This document shows, piece by piece, positions 9,325 through 21,032 of a DNA stretch of 64,000 nt (its first letter is position 1; every line of letters begins with the position of its first letter). This DNA comes from Paragordius varius (taxonomy: Eukaryota; Animalia; Nematomorpha): NCBI GenBank assembly GCA_964247055.1, contig OZ176052.1, forward strand, positions 4,526,001 through 4,590,000. The letters are read 5' to 3'. The position numbers and the translations under genes were made by a program. Under the pieces are notes generated by a model. It was not told where the DNA came from and ran no database searches. It was given only the letters and a program-made list of their open reading frames with translations.

Positions 9325-11283
9325 TTAGGTTTTAAAATTCTTTTTTGACAAGATACTACCATTGGTGTGTGTATGTACATGTAAATTTTGTGAAGGTATA
9401 TCCATCATAATGTGTTTAATTGGTTTTTCTTCTCCGGTTTGAATCATGTCCTCTTTCAAACGAGCAATGATATCACCCGATTGAAAATCTTTCACTTCTT
9501 CCCCAACTTCCAAAATTCGATCAATCTGGTACGACGAGTTAGTTTTTATGAGTAAATATAGCAAAGTAGGGATTTCAAGTTGAAGTTAAACTTAGTATTT
9601 TAATTAATATTTGGAAATATTTTTAGAACAAACCAATCAGGTTTATAGAAATTTGTATGGAGTGGGGCTTAAATGAGGCGCTTGGATTTTAAAGCACCCT
9701 ATAAATAAATAAGTTTTTACATTTCATGACCTTTTATGGCAGGTTTGAGATTTAAAAACCTCAAAAAGTATTTAAATTACTAAGCTGAATTCTAAAATAT
9801 GCTTTCTTTAGCTCTTAAGGCGCAAACTTTATATTATTTTTTAAGAAAAAGTATAATATTGCAAATAAATCCACATCTCAAACCATTTAACCATTTTTTC
9901 TCTGATTTTTTTTTCGCTAATATAATAGGCAAATAAATGTAATTATGATTGAAAAATATAAAACTTTGAAAACAAATAACATTATCCCAGCAAAAACTTT
10001 ATATATATTGATTTTAAAATCAGCTATTTCAATCGTGTTGTCCAAATTTTAGACACTAGAAGTACCAAACCTGTAAAAAATATCAGATTTTTCTTTAAAT
10101 ACAGAAGCACAATGTTTGATAATTACATTTTAATTTAGCTTTTGAAACAATACTTTATTTTAAGAGTGATCCCTAGATATATCGGACAATCAGGTTAAAA
10201 GGTCATGAAATGTTAATAATAGTCTATGACAGGAGGCCAATATTTTTTTCTGCGGTTACCTTTTTTGGAGAAAGTTTCACACGGGCACGTATGAATATTA
10301 AATATTGATATAATTTTTGAAAAATGATTTAAGTATATATCTCTATGTACGGATTGGGGTGACTAGCACAGGTCCCTAATATTACGAAAAATAATTATTT
10401 TAGTAGTTTTTTTTATATATAATATTAATTTTATCAAAAAACGTAAATAATGTTTAAAGGCCTGCTTATATGTTTTTTGTTAAATTAAAGTAATTTCTAA
10501 GGAAACAACTAATGATTTTAAGTTTGATTAATGATTAATATATATATCATTAATATGATAAATTACAGTTAAATATGATTTTTAATAAGTTTAATTTTCA
10601 CACATAAAATAAAATGATTTAAGATAAATGAATTATAAATTTAAAAAAAATTAATGCAAAAAATATTTTTTCCATTTTTAAAGTTTTTAGGCGGTCATGA
10701 AGTCGACAGCGGTCAACCGTTTAGTCACCCCTGGTCTATAAGTAGATGTTTATAATCCCATTAGATTATAAGTGTAGCCCATGTGTAGATCTATAGGTGC
10801 AATTGTCTGTAAAACAAGGTTTCTGCCGTTGAAAATTGAGATTTGACCTCAGAAAAATTATTAATGGAATATATGTCTTTCCTTACTGTATTGCAATGAT
10901 GGCGAACCGGAGATCAAAAATGTGACTCTTATACTAAATATCTTAACAAATTTATTACAGTGGCATATTTCCAGTCGATATCGTGGCCTTAACTTTACTA
11001 ATTATCAATATATTTATACTTTATCTCCATCAATGCTTTCTTTTTCCTCCTCCTCTTTAATGATTTGCAAAGGTTTTCCTTTGTATTTGCTCTCAGCGGC
11101 AGGCCTTATATTAGCTTCAAATTTAGCTATTTCAGGCATAAATTTAGATTCTAATGCTTCGATCGATTCGGGAGCAGTATTCTGGTGTGCATTTATCTTT
11201 TGAGTATTATTGATTTTGTTGTTGTTGACGGGGGGAAAATTATTTGCTATTGTTAATGATTGAATTTTGTTAACATTATCCAT
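9325..11283 (-). CDS. Possible spliced host gene of unknown function (candidate exons ~11014-11283 and ~9325-9525)
   Basis: Two ORFs with protein-like composition in very AT-rich DNA (MDNVNKIQ...EEEEKESIDGDK; IDRILEVGEEVKDFQSGDIIARLK...). I could not establish the splicing or that the two belong to one gene. Confidence 0.3.
9719..10213. mobile_element. MITE-like element with 18-bp terminal inverted repeats
   Basis: ACATTTCATGACCTTTTA (9719-9736) and TAAAAGGTCATGAAATGT (10196-10213). Confidence 0.5.
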
Positions 11284-11546
11284 TATTATTATTATTATAA
11301 TTATTATAATTTGTAAAACTAAAAATATGAATTTTAACATGAGTAATCCAACAATGATTGTTAGATAATTCTTTTTACTAATAGTATATTTTATAAAAAA
11401 ATTAACAAATTAATAACAGGGAAAATTATTTTTTTCAAAAATGTTACTGTGTGCGGTTTAGTTAAGGGAAAATTTGATAGATTTAATGGATTAATTAATT
11501 TTTTATATCGTTATAATTTTTATGTTGAAAAATTAAGATTATGTAA

Positions 11547-14500
11547 TCTATATATTTATAAAAATGGAAAATGCTGGCTTTGTGATCTGGTACAGGAAAA
11601 CCGGTAGACCCAATCAAATCCAAATATCGAAAAAATATAATCATTAATAAATGTCCCGACAATAGCTTCGCCCTTTTTTTGAAATAGGCTCCCAGTTCGG
11701 GCCCACCCCGTATGAAAAACGGGTTTTTTATGAAAACAGAAGTCCACAAAATCGTGTTTTTGAGACAATTTTCCGGAGAACGTGTTGGACCATTCAATTT
11801 CAAATATAATTTTTGTTTACTTATTTTCGATTGCGCCGAACATAGTCGAGCCACTTTTTTGATTTAGGCCCTCTTTTTACCCGCTCCCCCCGTAAAATGC
11901 CATTTTTTTCAAAAAACAAAGTCCACAAAAATAATTTTTTAAATCGATTTTTCGTCCTAGGTATGAGACCTTAAAAATTCAATAAAGATTCCACGTATTC
12001 CCTGTTAAAAGGCAAAAATTTTAGTCCACCGTTTATTTGATGATAGCTGCTGGGTAAGGAGCTACCCGCTAAAAACTGATTTTTTATATAACTTTGTGAT
12101 CTGTTTCCGGAAAACCGGTGAACCCATTCCAATCCAAACATCGAAAAAATATAATCATTAATGAATGCCCCGACAATAGCTTCGCCCTTTTTTGGAATTA
12201 GGTCCCCAGTTTGGGCCCACCCCCTGTGAAAAATGGGTTAAGTCAATTTTTTGGAGAACGTGTTGGACCATTCAATTTCAAATATGATTTTTGTTTACTT
12301 ATTTTCGATTGCGCCGAACATAGTCGAGTCACTTTTTTGATTTAGGCCCTCTTTTTACCCTCTCCCCCCGTAAAATGCCATTTTTTTCAAAAAAAACAAA
12401 GTCCACAAAAATATTTTTTTGATTGTATTTTTTTGCCCACGGTATGAGACTGTAAAAATTCAATAAAGATTCCACGTATTCCCTGTTAAAAGGCAAAAAT
12501 TTTAGTCAAGCGTTTCTTTGATGATAGCTGCTGAGTAAGGAGTATCTATCATATGCATAGCATGTTAAAAGATATATGGATATTAATACATTATTTATCC
12601 TCATCTATATATTTATAAAAATGGAAAATGCTGGCTTTGTGATCTGGTACAGGAAAACCGGTAGACCCAATCAAATCCAAATATCGAAAAAATATAATCA
12701 TTAATAAATGTCCCGACAATAGCTTCGCCCTTTTTTTGAAATAGGCTCCCAGTTCGGGCCCACCCCGTATGAAAAACGGGTTTTTTATGAAAACAGAAGT
12801 CCACAAAATCGTGTTTTTGAGACAATTTTCCGGAGAACGTGTTGGACCATTCAATTTCAAATATAATTTTTGTTTACTTATTTTCGATTGCGCCGAACAT
12901 AGTCGAGCCACTTTTTTGATTTAGGCCCTCTTTTTACCCGCTCCCCCCGTAAAATGCCATTTTTTTCAAAAAACAAAGTCCACAAAAATAATTTTTTAAA
13001 TCGATTTTTCGTCCTAGGTATGAGACCTTAAAAATTCAATAAAGATTCCACGTATTCCCTGTTAAAAGGCAAAAATTTTAGTCCACCGTTTATTTGATGA
13101 TAGCTGCTGGGTAAGGAGCTACCCGCTAAAAACTGATTTTTTATATAACTTTGTGATCTGTTTCCGGAAAACCGGTGAACCCATTCCAATCCAAACATCG
13201 AAAAAATATAATCATTAATGAATGCCCCGACAATAGCTTCGCCCTTTTTTGGAATTAGGTCCCCAGTTTGGGCCCACCCCCTGTGAAAAATGGGTTAAGT
13301 CAATTTTTTGGAGAACGTGTTGGACCATTCAATTTCAAATATGATTTTTGTTTACTTATTTTCGATTGCGCCGAACATAGTCGAGTCACTTTTTTGATTT
13401 AGGCCCTCTTTTTACCCTCTCCCCCCGTAAAATGCCATTTTTTTCAAAAAAAACAAAGTCCACAAAAATATTTTTTTGATTGTATTTTTTTGCCCACGGT
13501 ATGAGACTGTAAAAATTCAATAAAGATTCCACGTATTCCCTGTTAAAAGGCAAAAATTTTAGTCAAGCGTTTCTTTGATGATAGCTGCTGAGTAAGGAGT
13601 ATCTATCATATGCATAGCATGTTAAAAGATATATGGATATTAATACATTATTTATCCTCATCTATATATTTATAAAAATGGAAAATGCTGGCTTTGTGAT
13701 CTGGTACAGGAAAACCGGTAGACCCAATCAAATCCAAATATCGAAAAAATATAATCATTAATAAATGTCCCGACAATAGCTTCGCCCTTTTTTTGAAATA
13801 GGCTCCCAGTTCGGGCCCACCCCGTATGAAAAACGGGTTTTTTATGAAAACAGAAGTCCACAAAATCGTGTTTTTGAGACAATTTTCCGGAGAACGTGTT
13901 GGACCATTCAATTTCAAATATAATTTTTGTTTACTTATTTTCGATTGCGCCGAACATAGTCGAGCCACTTTTTTGATTTAGGCCCTCTTTTTACCCGCTC
14001 CCCCCGTAAAATGCCATTTTTTTCAAAAAACAAAGTCCACAAAAATAATTTTTTAAATCGATTTTTCGTCCTAGGTATGAGACCTTAAAAATTCAATAAA
14101 GATTCCACGTATTCCCTGTTAAAAGGCAAAAATTTTAGTCCACCGTTTATTTGATGATAGCTGCTGGGTAAGGAGCTACCCGCTAAAAACTGATTTTTTA
14201 TATAACTTTGTGATCTGTTTCCGGAAAACCGGTGAACCCATTCCAATCCAAACATCGAAAAAATATAATCATTAATGAATGCCCCGACAATAGCTTCGCC
14301 CTTTTTTGGAATTAGGTCCCCAGTTTGGGCCCACCCCCTGTGAAAAATGGGTTAAGTCAATTTTTTGGAGAACGTGTTGGACCATTCAATTTCAAATATG
14401 ATTTTTGTTTACTTATTTTCGATTGCGCCGAACATAGTCGAGTCACTTTTTTGATTTAGGCCCTCTTTTTACCCTCTCCCCCCGTAAAATGCCATTTTTT

Positions 14501-16824
14501 TCAAAAAAAACAAAGTCCACAAAAATATTTTTTTGATTGTATTTTTTTGCCCACGGTATGAGACTGTAAAAATTCAATAAAGATTCCACGTATTCCCTGT
14601 TAAAAGGCAAAAATTTTAGTCAAGCGTTTCTTTGATGATAGCTGCTGAGTAAGGAGTATCTATCATATGCATAGCATGTTAAAAGATATATGGATATTAA
14701 TACATTATTTATCCTCATCTATATATTTATAAAAATGGAAAATGCTGGCTTTGTGATCTGGTACAGGAAAACCGGTAGACCCAATCAAATCCAAATATCG
14801 AAAAAATATAATCATTAATAAATGTCCCGACAATAGCTTCGCCCTTTTTTTGAAATAGGCTCCCAGTTCAGGCCCACCCCGTATGAAAAACGGGTTTTTT
14901 ATGAAAGAAGTCCACAAAATCGTGTTTTTGAGACAATTTTCCGGAGAACGTGTTGGACCATTCAATTTCAAATATAATTTTTGTTTACTTATTTTCGATT
15001 GCGCCGAACATAGTCGAGCCACTTTTTTGATTTAGGCCCTCTTTTTACCCGCTCCCCCCGTAAAATGCCATTTTTTTCAAAAAACAAAGTCCACAAAAAT
15101 AATTTTTTAAATCGATTTTTCGTCCTAGGTATGAGACCTTAAAAATTCAATAAAGATTCCACGTATTCCCTGTTAAAAGGCAAAAATTTTAGTCCACCGT
15201 TTATTTGATGATAGCTGCTGGGTAAGGAGCTACCCGCTAAAAACTGATTTTTTATATAACTTTGTGATCTGTTTCCGGAAAACCGGTGAACCCATTCCAA
15301 TCCAAACATCGAAAAAATATAATCATTAATGAATGCCCCGACAATAGCTTCGCCCTTTTTTGGAATTAGGTCCCCAGTTTGGGCCCACCCCCTGTGAAAA
15401 ATGGGTTAAGTCAATTTTTTGGAGAACGTGTTGGACCATTCAATTTCAAATATGATTTTTGTTTACTTATTTTCGATTGCGCCGAACATAGTCGAGTCAC
15501 TTTTTTGATTTAGGCCCTCTTTTTACCCTCTCCCCCCGTAAAATGCCATTTTTTTCAAAAAAAACAAAGTCCACAAAAATATTTTTTTGATTGTATTTTT
15601 TTGCCCACGGTATGAGACTGTAAAAATTCAATAAAGATTCCACGTATTCCCTGTTAAAAGGCAAAAATTTTAGTCAAGCGTTTCTTTGATGATAGCTGCT
15701 GAGTAAGGAGTATCTATCATATGCATAGCATGTTAAAAGATATATGGATATTAATACATTATTTATCCTCATCTATATATTTATAAAAATGGAAAATGCT
15801 GGCTTTGTGATCTGGTACAGGAAAACCGGTAGACCCAATCAAATCCAAATATCGAAAAAATATAATCATTAATAAATGTCCCGACAATAGCTTCGCCCTT
15901 TTTTTGAAATAGGCTCCCAGTTCGGGCCCACCCCGTATGAAAAACGGGTTTTTTATGAAAACAGAAGTCCACAAAATCGTGTTTTTGAGACAATTTTCCG
16001 GAGAACGTGTTGGACCATTCAATTTCAAATATAATTTTTGTTTACTTATTTTCGATTGCGCCGAACATAGTCGAGTCACTTTTTTGATTTAGGCCCTCTT
16101 TTTACCCTCTCCCCCCGTAAAATATTATTTTTTTCAAAAAAAACAAAGTCCACAAAAATATTTTTTTGATTGTATTTTTTTGCCCACGGTATGAGACTGT
16201 AAAAATTCAATAAAGATTCCACGTATTCCCTGTTAAAAGGCAAAAATTTTAGTCAAGCGTTTCTTTGATGATAGCTGCTGGGTAAGGAGCTACCCGCTAA
16301 AAACTGATTTTTCATATAACTTTGTGAACTGTTTCCGGAAAACCGGTGAACCCATTCAAATCCAAACATCGAAAAAATATAATCATTAATGAATGCCCCG
16401 ACAATAGCTTCGCCCTTTTTTGGAATTAGGTCCCCAGTTTGGGCCCACCCCGTGTGAAAAATGGGTTAAGTCAATTTTTTGGAGAACGGACGATTCAATT
16501 TCAAATATGAATTTTGTTTACTTATTTTTGATCGCGCTGAATAGTCGAGTCACTTTTTTGATTTAGGCCCTCTTTTTACCCGCTACCCCAGTAAAATGCC
16601 ATTTTTTTCAAAAAAAACAAAGTCCACAAAAATATTTTTTTGATTGTATTTTTTTGCCCACGGTATGAGACTGTAAAAATTCGAGAAAGATTTTTCGTAT
16701 TGCCTGTTAAAAGGCAAAAATTTTAGTCAAGCGTTTCTTTGATGATAGCTACTGAGTAAGGAGTATCTATCATATGTATAGCATGTTAAAAGATATATGG
16801 ATATTAAAACATTATTTATGGTAA
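11547..16824 (+). repeat. Higher-order tandem array: ~5 near-identical 1057-bp units, each made of two related ~0.5-kb subunits
   Basis: Units start at 11547, 12604, 13661, 14718 and 15772 (spacing 1057, 1057, 1057, 1054); the last unit is rearranged; the repeated 106-aa and 70-aa ORFs in the track mirror this period. Confidence 0.95.
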
Positions 16825-16965
16825 TCTTTATATTTATAAAAATGGAAAATGCTGGCTTTGTGATCTACAGGAAAAACGGTAGACCCATTCAAATCCAAAC
16901 TTCGAACCCCCCCAGAAGTCCGAAGGACTTCCTCGGGCTGCGTAGCAGCACGAGATTCACGCTAG
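11547..16965 (+). mobile_element. Non-autonomous Helitron containing an internal tandem array
   Basis: A|TCTATATATTTATAAAA 5' end; 3' end GAAGTCC-GAA-GGACTTC and GCTGC-GTA-GCAGC hairpins followed by CTAG|T; sits in an A|T dinucleotide with no TSD; no Rep/helicase ORF. Confidence 0.85.
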
Positions 16966-17556
16966 TTAGATTATATATTGGATAAAAATATGTTTATTAT
17001 CTGTAAATATTAAGATCATACATAGTTTTACATTTATTTTACAACCAATTATGACCAATCCTAAAAATATTACCTTAAAAATAATTTTAATTTAAAAAAC
17101 ATATTGAGAGATCCTTAATGCTTAAAAAAACTTTTATCAAAAACAAATATTAATTTATATATTATATATATATAAGTTTTAGACATAACATATCAATCAT
17201 ATCACAAAATATAATTAATAAGTATGTGCGAACCAGCTTTCAATCAAAACTATGATTACACAAATCCCGTTTTCTATTATTTTCTGATTTTGATCAAATA
17301 TCCATTTTATCAATAATTTAATATACAATATAAATAAGTAATCCTATATCATAATTAATAGTTTAATAAATAAATAAATTTCAAAATAAATTTTTTACCC
17401 CAAAAATTATGCCGGAATCCCATTTGTCAGTCTCATTTTCATTTTTTTTTCTTCATAATTTGTAAGTACTTATCACCTCTTATCAGACAAACACTTCCCC
17501 CCTTGTATTAAATATAATAATATTTATGACATATATACTCATATTACTATTAAAAT

Positions 17557-18729
17557 ATGGAATTTAATCTAATGAATAAGAATGATAAAGATCTCCAATG
17601 CAATAATTTGCTACACAGTTCAGGGTCAATAACAACAAATATGAGGGATGAGGGATCATGTTCCATAACCGGATATTGTGATTTTCAGCCTGCTTTAAAT
17701 ATTTTTAATGTTTCAAACAATAATGATGTTAAACAAGTTAATAATAGCAGTTTTAATGTTACCAAACATCAAATTTGACCACCATCAACATTATCAAACT
17801 TTGTTGAGCCTACTATAACTTTTATTCCGTTTGGAAAATTAGTAGCATCTCTTATGCCAACCTCAAAATCAAATTTGATCCTAGATAATGATTGTTACAA
17901 TGGTCCAAATAAATTCCAGAATTTTGGACTGGAACTAAATAGTTATTACCCAGATAATCCAATGCAAAACATTGCGTTACTTACAAAAAATAAAAATATT
18001 CCAAAATCAAAAAAGGTAAGAACGAAACGTAAAAGTTCTGAGAATTTGGACAACAAAGAAAAAACAAAAGCCGGGTGTAAAATTCGACAGAGACAGCGCA
18101 GAAAAAATAGTGCTGGTACAAACAAACTTTGTGGGGCAGAGGGTGAAAATGGAGGCACAAAAATCGTCAATTATCAAGATGCTATTCCAATACATTCCTC
18201 ACCAAATAAAAACAGCAATGTTAATAACATGATAAAGGAGTCAGGGTGGAATTGTAGTTTTGATTCTTCCAAATCTGAGGATATATCTGGTGTAGGAACA
18301 CTGCCAACCGAATATTTTTACACTGAAATCATAAATAAAATGGCCGCACACAATGATGCTTTTGACAGCGATAATAATATACCAAATACTAACATGATGA
18401 TAAATGATGAATTCTTTACTCAATCAACTAGTGATCTAGGAACGAATGAACTAAATAATGAGGAAAATGATAGCCTTATTAGTTTGTCTAATAGCGGTAA
18501 TCTTTCGAAAGAACTTAACCCTCTTCAAAGAAATGCAGCCAATGCCAGAGAAAGAGCCCGTATGAGAGTCCTGAGCAAAGCATTTATTCGCCTTAAAACA
18601 ACACTACCTTGGGTACCTCCAGATACAAAACTTTCAAAGCTGGATACTCTTCGATTAGCGTCCAGTTACATTGGACACCTAAGAGCAATTCTAGCCGAAA
18701 ATTCTGTCTTCTCTATCAAAAACTCTTGA
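17557..18729 (+). CDS. TCF21: bHLH transcription factor, TCF21/musculin (MyoR) family
   Basis: [53 protein letters not shown] is the TCF21/MSC bHLH. The ORF 17854-18729 is secure; the upstream in-frame extension to 17557 is interrupted by one TGA at 17776-17778. Confidence 0.85.
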
Positions 18730-21032
18730 CATTTTGTGTGATTATGGGTCAGAGACCCCGAACCAACTCATAAACAATGCAAACTTTTATATTTATATTT
18801 GCATGGACTTATGCTAACATAATTATAGATAATAGGTACGTTCTAATCATTTAAATTCTGTTAATGTGAGAAATGCAATAAAAAAATTATTTAGTTAATT
18901 AACAAATAAATTATCTAAATCATGATTGAAGCAATAAAATATTTTGATGCTCGGCAAAGTTTGTTCTGAGATGGTCAATATCGCTAATGTAAATCCAAAT
19001 CTAGAATACCTTCAAAAAATTTTATGGAACGTATGATTAACCGCTCATTAATTTTTTTTATATATTTGTGATTACTCATGATAGACGTCAGTCATTAGTT
19101 CAATAGTTTGATTATAAATATGTAAAATGATTGAATTTATCTATATAATATTTTGGTTAAAATTATTTGTATTCCTAAACTTATAAAGCTGTGCATATTT
19201 TTATTATTGACAAATGGTTTATATCTTATCAATATACCTATTGTTATTAGAAAGATATACATTGGTAGACAGGAAGACTATATCAGATAACAACATTAAT
19301 ACACAGAAGTTTTCAAAAAAATAATGAAATTTTTTTTCTACAATTCATCATTGATGACAGTTTAAAGATTTAATTATAATAAAAAATGTCAAATAATACT
19401 TATTTAAATATATAAATACAATGTAAAATGAACTTCAGCAAAATAGTACAATAATAATCATTTAATTAATTATAAATACCTTTTAAAAGATTATAGATAT
19501 GTATGATATCAATATTATATAATATTGATTTTAAGGTAAAAATTATACTATAAACACCTATAAATGAGTAAACTTTAACGAAACTATCAAATGAAACAAT
19601 AGAAAGTATCACATTTTAAGACATATAAAATTTAATATTTTAAATCTCCGAATTGAAAATGGCATCAACCAATCATACTATAATGGGGGGGAATAAAAAA
19701 AACTCAAAAATTATACATTATGTAGCCGTTATTTTTGTGTTTGAACTAGTTGACAATCTAATTTCATTTGGCATTGCATTGAACCCAAGCCACCTTAATA
19801 TGCCCCGTCGTAAATTCCGATGTTGTGTTTTGGCAATAGCCATATTGTCTCTCCCACCTTTCTGCAGCATGATAACATGGGAAAACCATAATTTGAAAAG
19901 ATCCACAAAAGAGCATTCGTTGTGCTTCAGCTTTTGGTTAGGTCATGCTGATTGGAGTATCGAAGATGTGTGCTTAATAATGATTAATTTTATCCTATTT
20001 ACATGGTTATAGATACAATAATAGCTCCCATTTGGCCATTTTTTTATCACAGCCATATGAATTTGGGTAAATTGAATTATCCTAATTGCAATTTGCGTTT
20101 TAAGTTTCCTCCTGGCCCTACCTTTGATATTTTATCATCAGGATAAAATATAATATAACGGGGTGTAAGTTTGAAAAGTTTAACGACAAAACGTTCTCGA
20201 CAAATATATGCCTCTTATACCCAGGCTTCCAGAAAATGAATATTTTTATAATGGAAACTTAACGTCCTCCATCAAGAGCTGTTGTTAAAACAAGCATTAG
20301 GTCACACACTAAAAATGTCACTTCCAACAACATAAAATTGGGTTCGAGGGTGGGGAGATCAAAGGTAAGATTTGCACCTAGTCCCTCATTCATCATTAGT
20401 AGGAATCTAATAAGCGACCACCAACTTGAATCAAATGAAACTTGATGCGCCAATATTAAAAATAGGGATCGAACTATTATGGCTATGAAGCTCAGTGTGT
20501 CGGCACTTGTGTTTTCTTTACCATGGATCATTTATGTCTTCATAGGAATCATCCTGGACCGATGGATTGAAGACAGAACAATTTACAATAAATAATTATA
20601 CTATATTGTATGGTCAATATAGCATATATCCATATTTGATTTGACCATATAGATGGAAAATATATAATGATACTATCAAATATATTTGGGAACAGTTACA
20701 TAACTCCCTTTTTTGAATAATTATTGTAAAACCGAATGAACATCAAGGGGAAAAATATTATCATTGATATGGCATATTAAAATATTGGTTTTGATTCTGA
20801 CACGACAAAACACTTTTAATTGTGGTCTAGCTTGCCTAAGGTCTCAAATTTACAAAACTCACTTAAATTTGCTTAAAAATTGTATCGATGTTAATTGATA
20901 GATATAATGTCAAAGTTTGTAATTATTTTGATAACTTGTATGATTTATTTATACTAATATTATATTAATTATGTACAGACAATGAGAGGTATTCGATATG
21001 TATGAATATATATATAAATATATATCGTCATT

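Noticed and set aside
11495-16079. Repeated 106-aa and 70-aa ORFs (MARLCSAQSK..., MSQKHDF...) and their counterparts at 50107-51636
   Set aside because: By-products of the Helitron tandem unit: no recognisable domain, and a 3-bp deletion and frameshifts between copies disrupt them freely.
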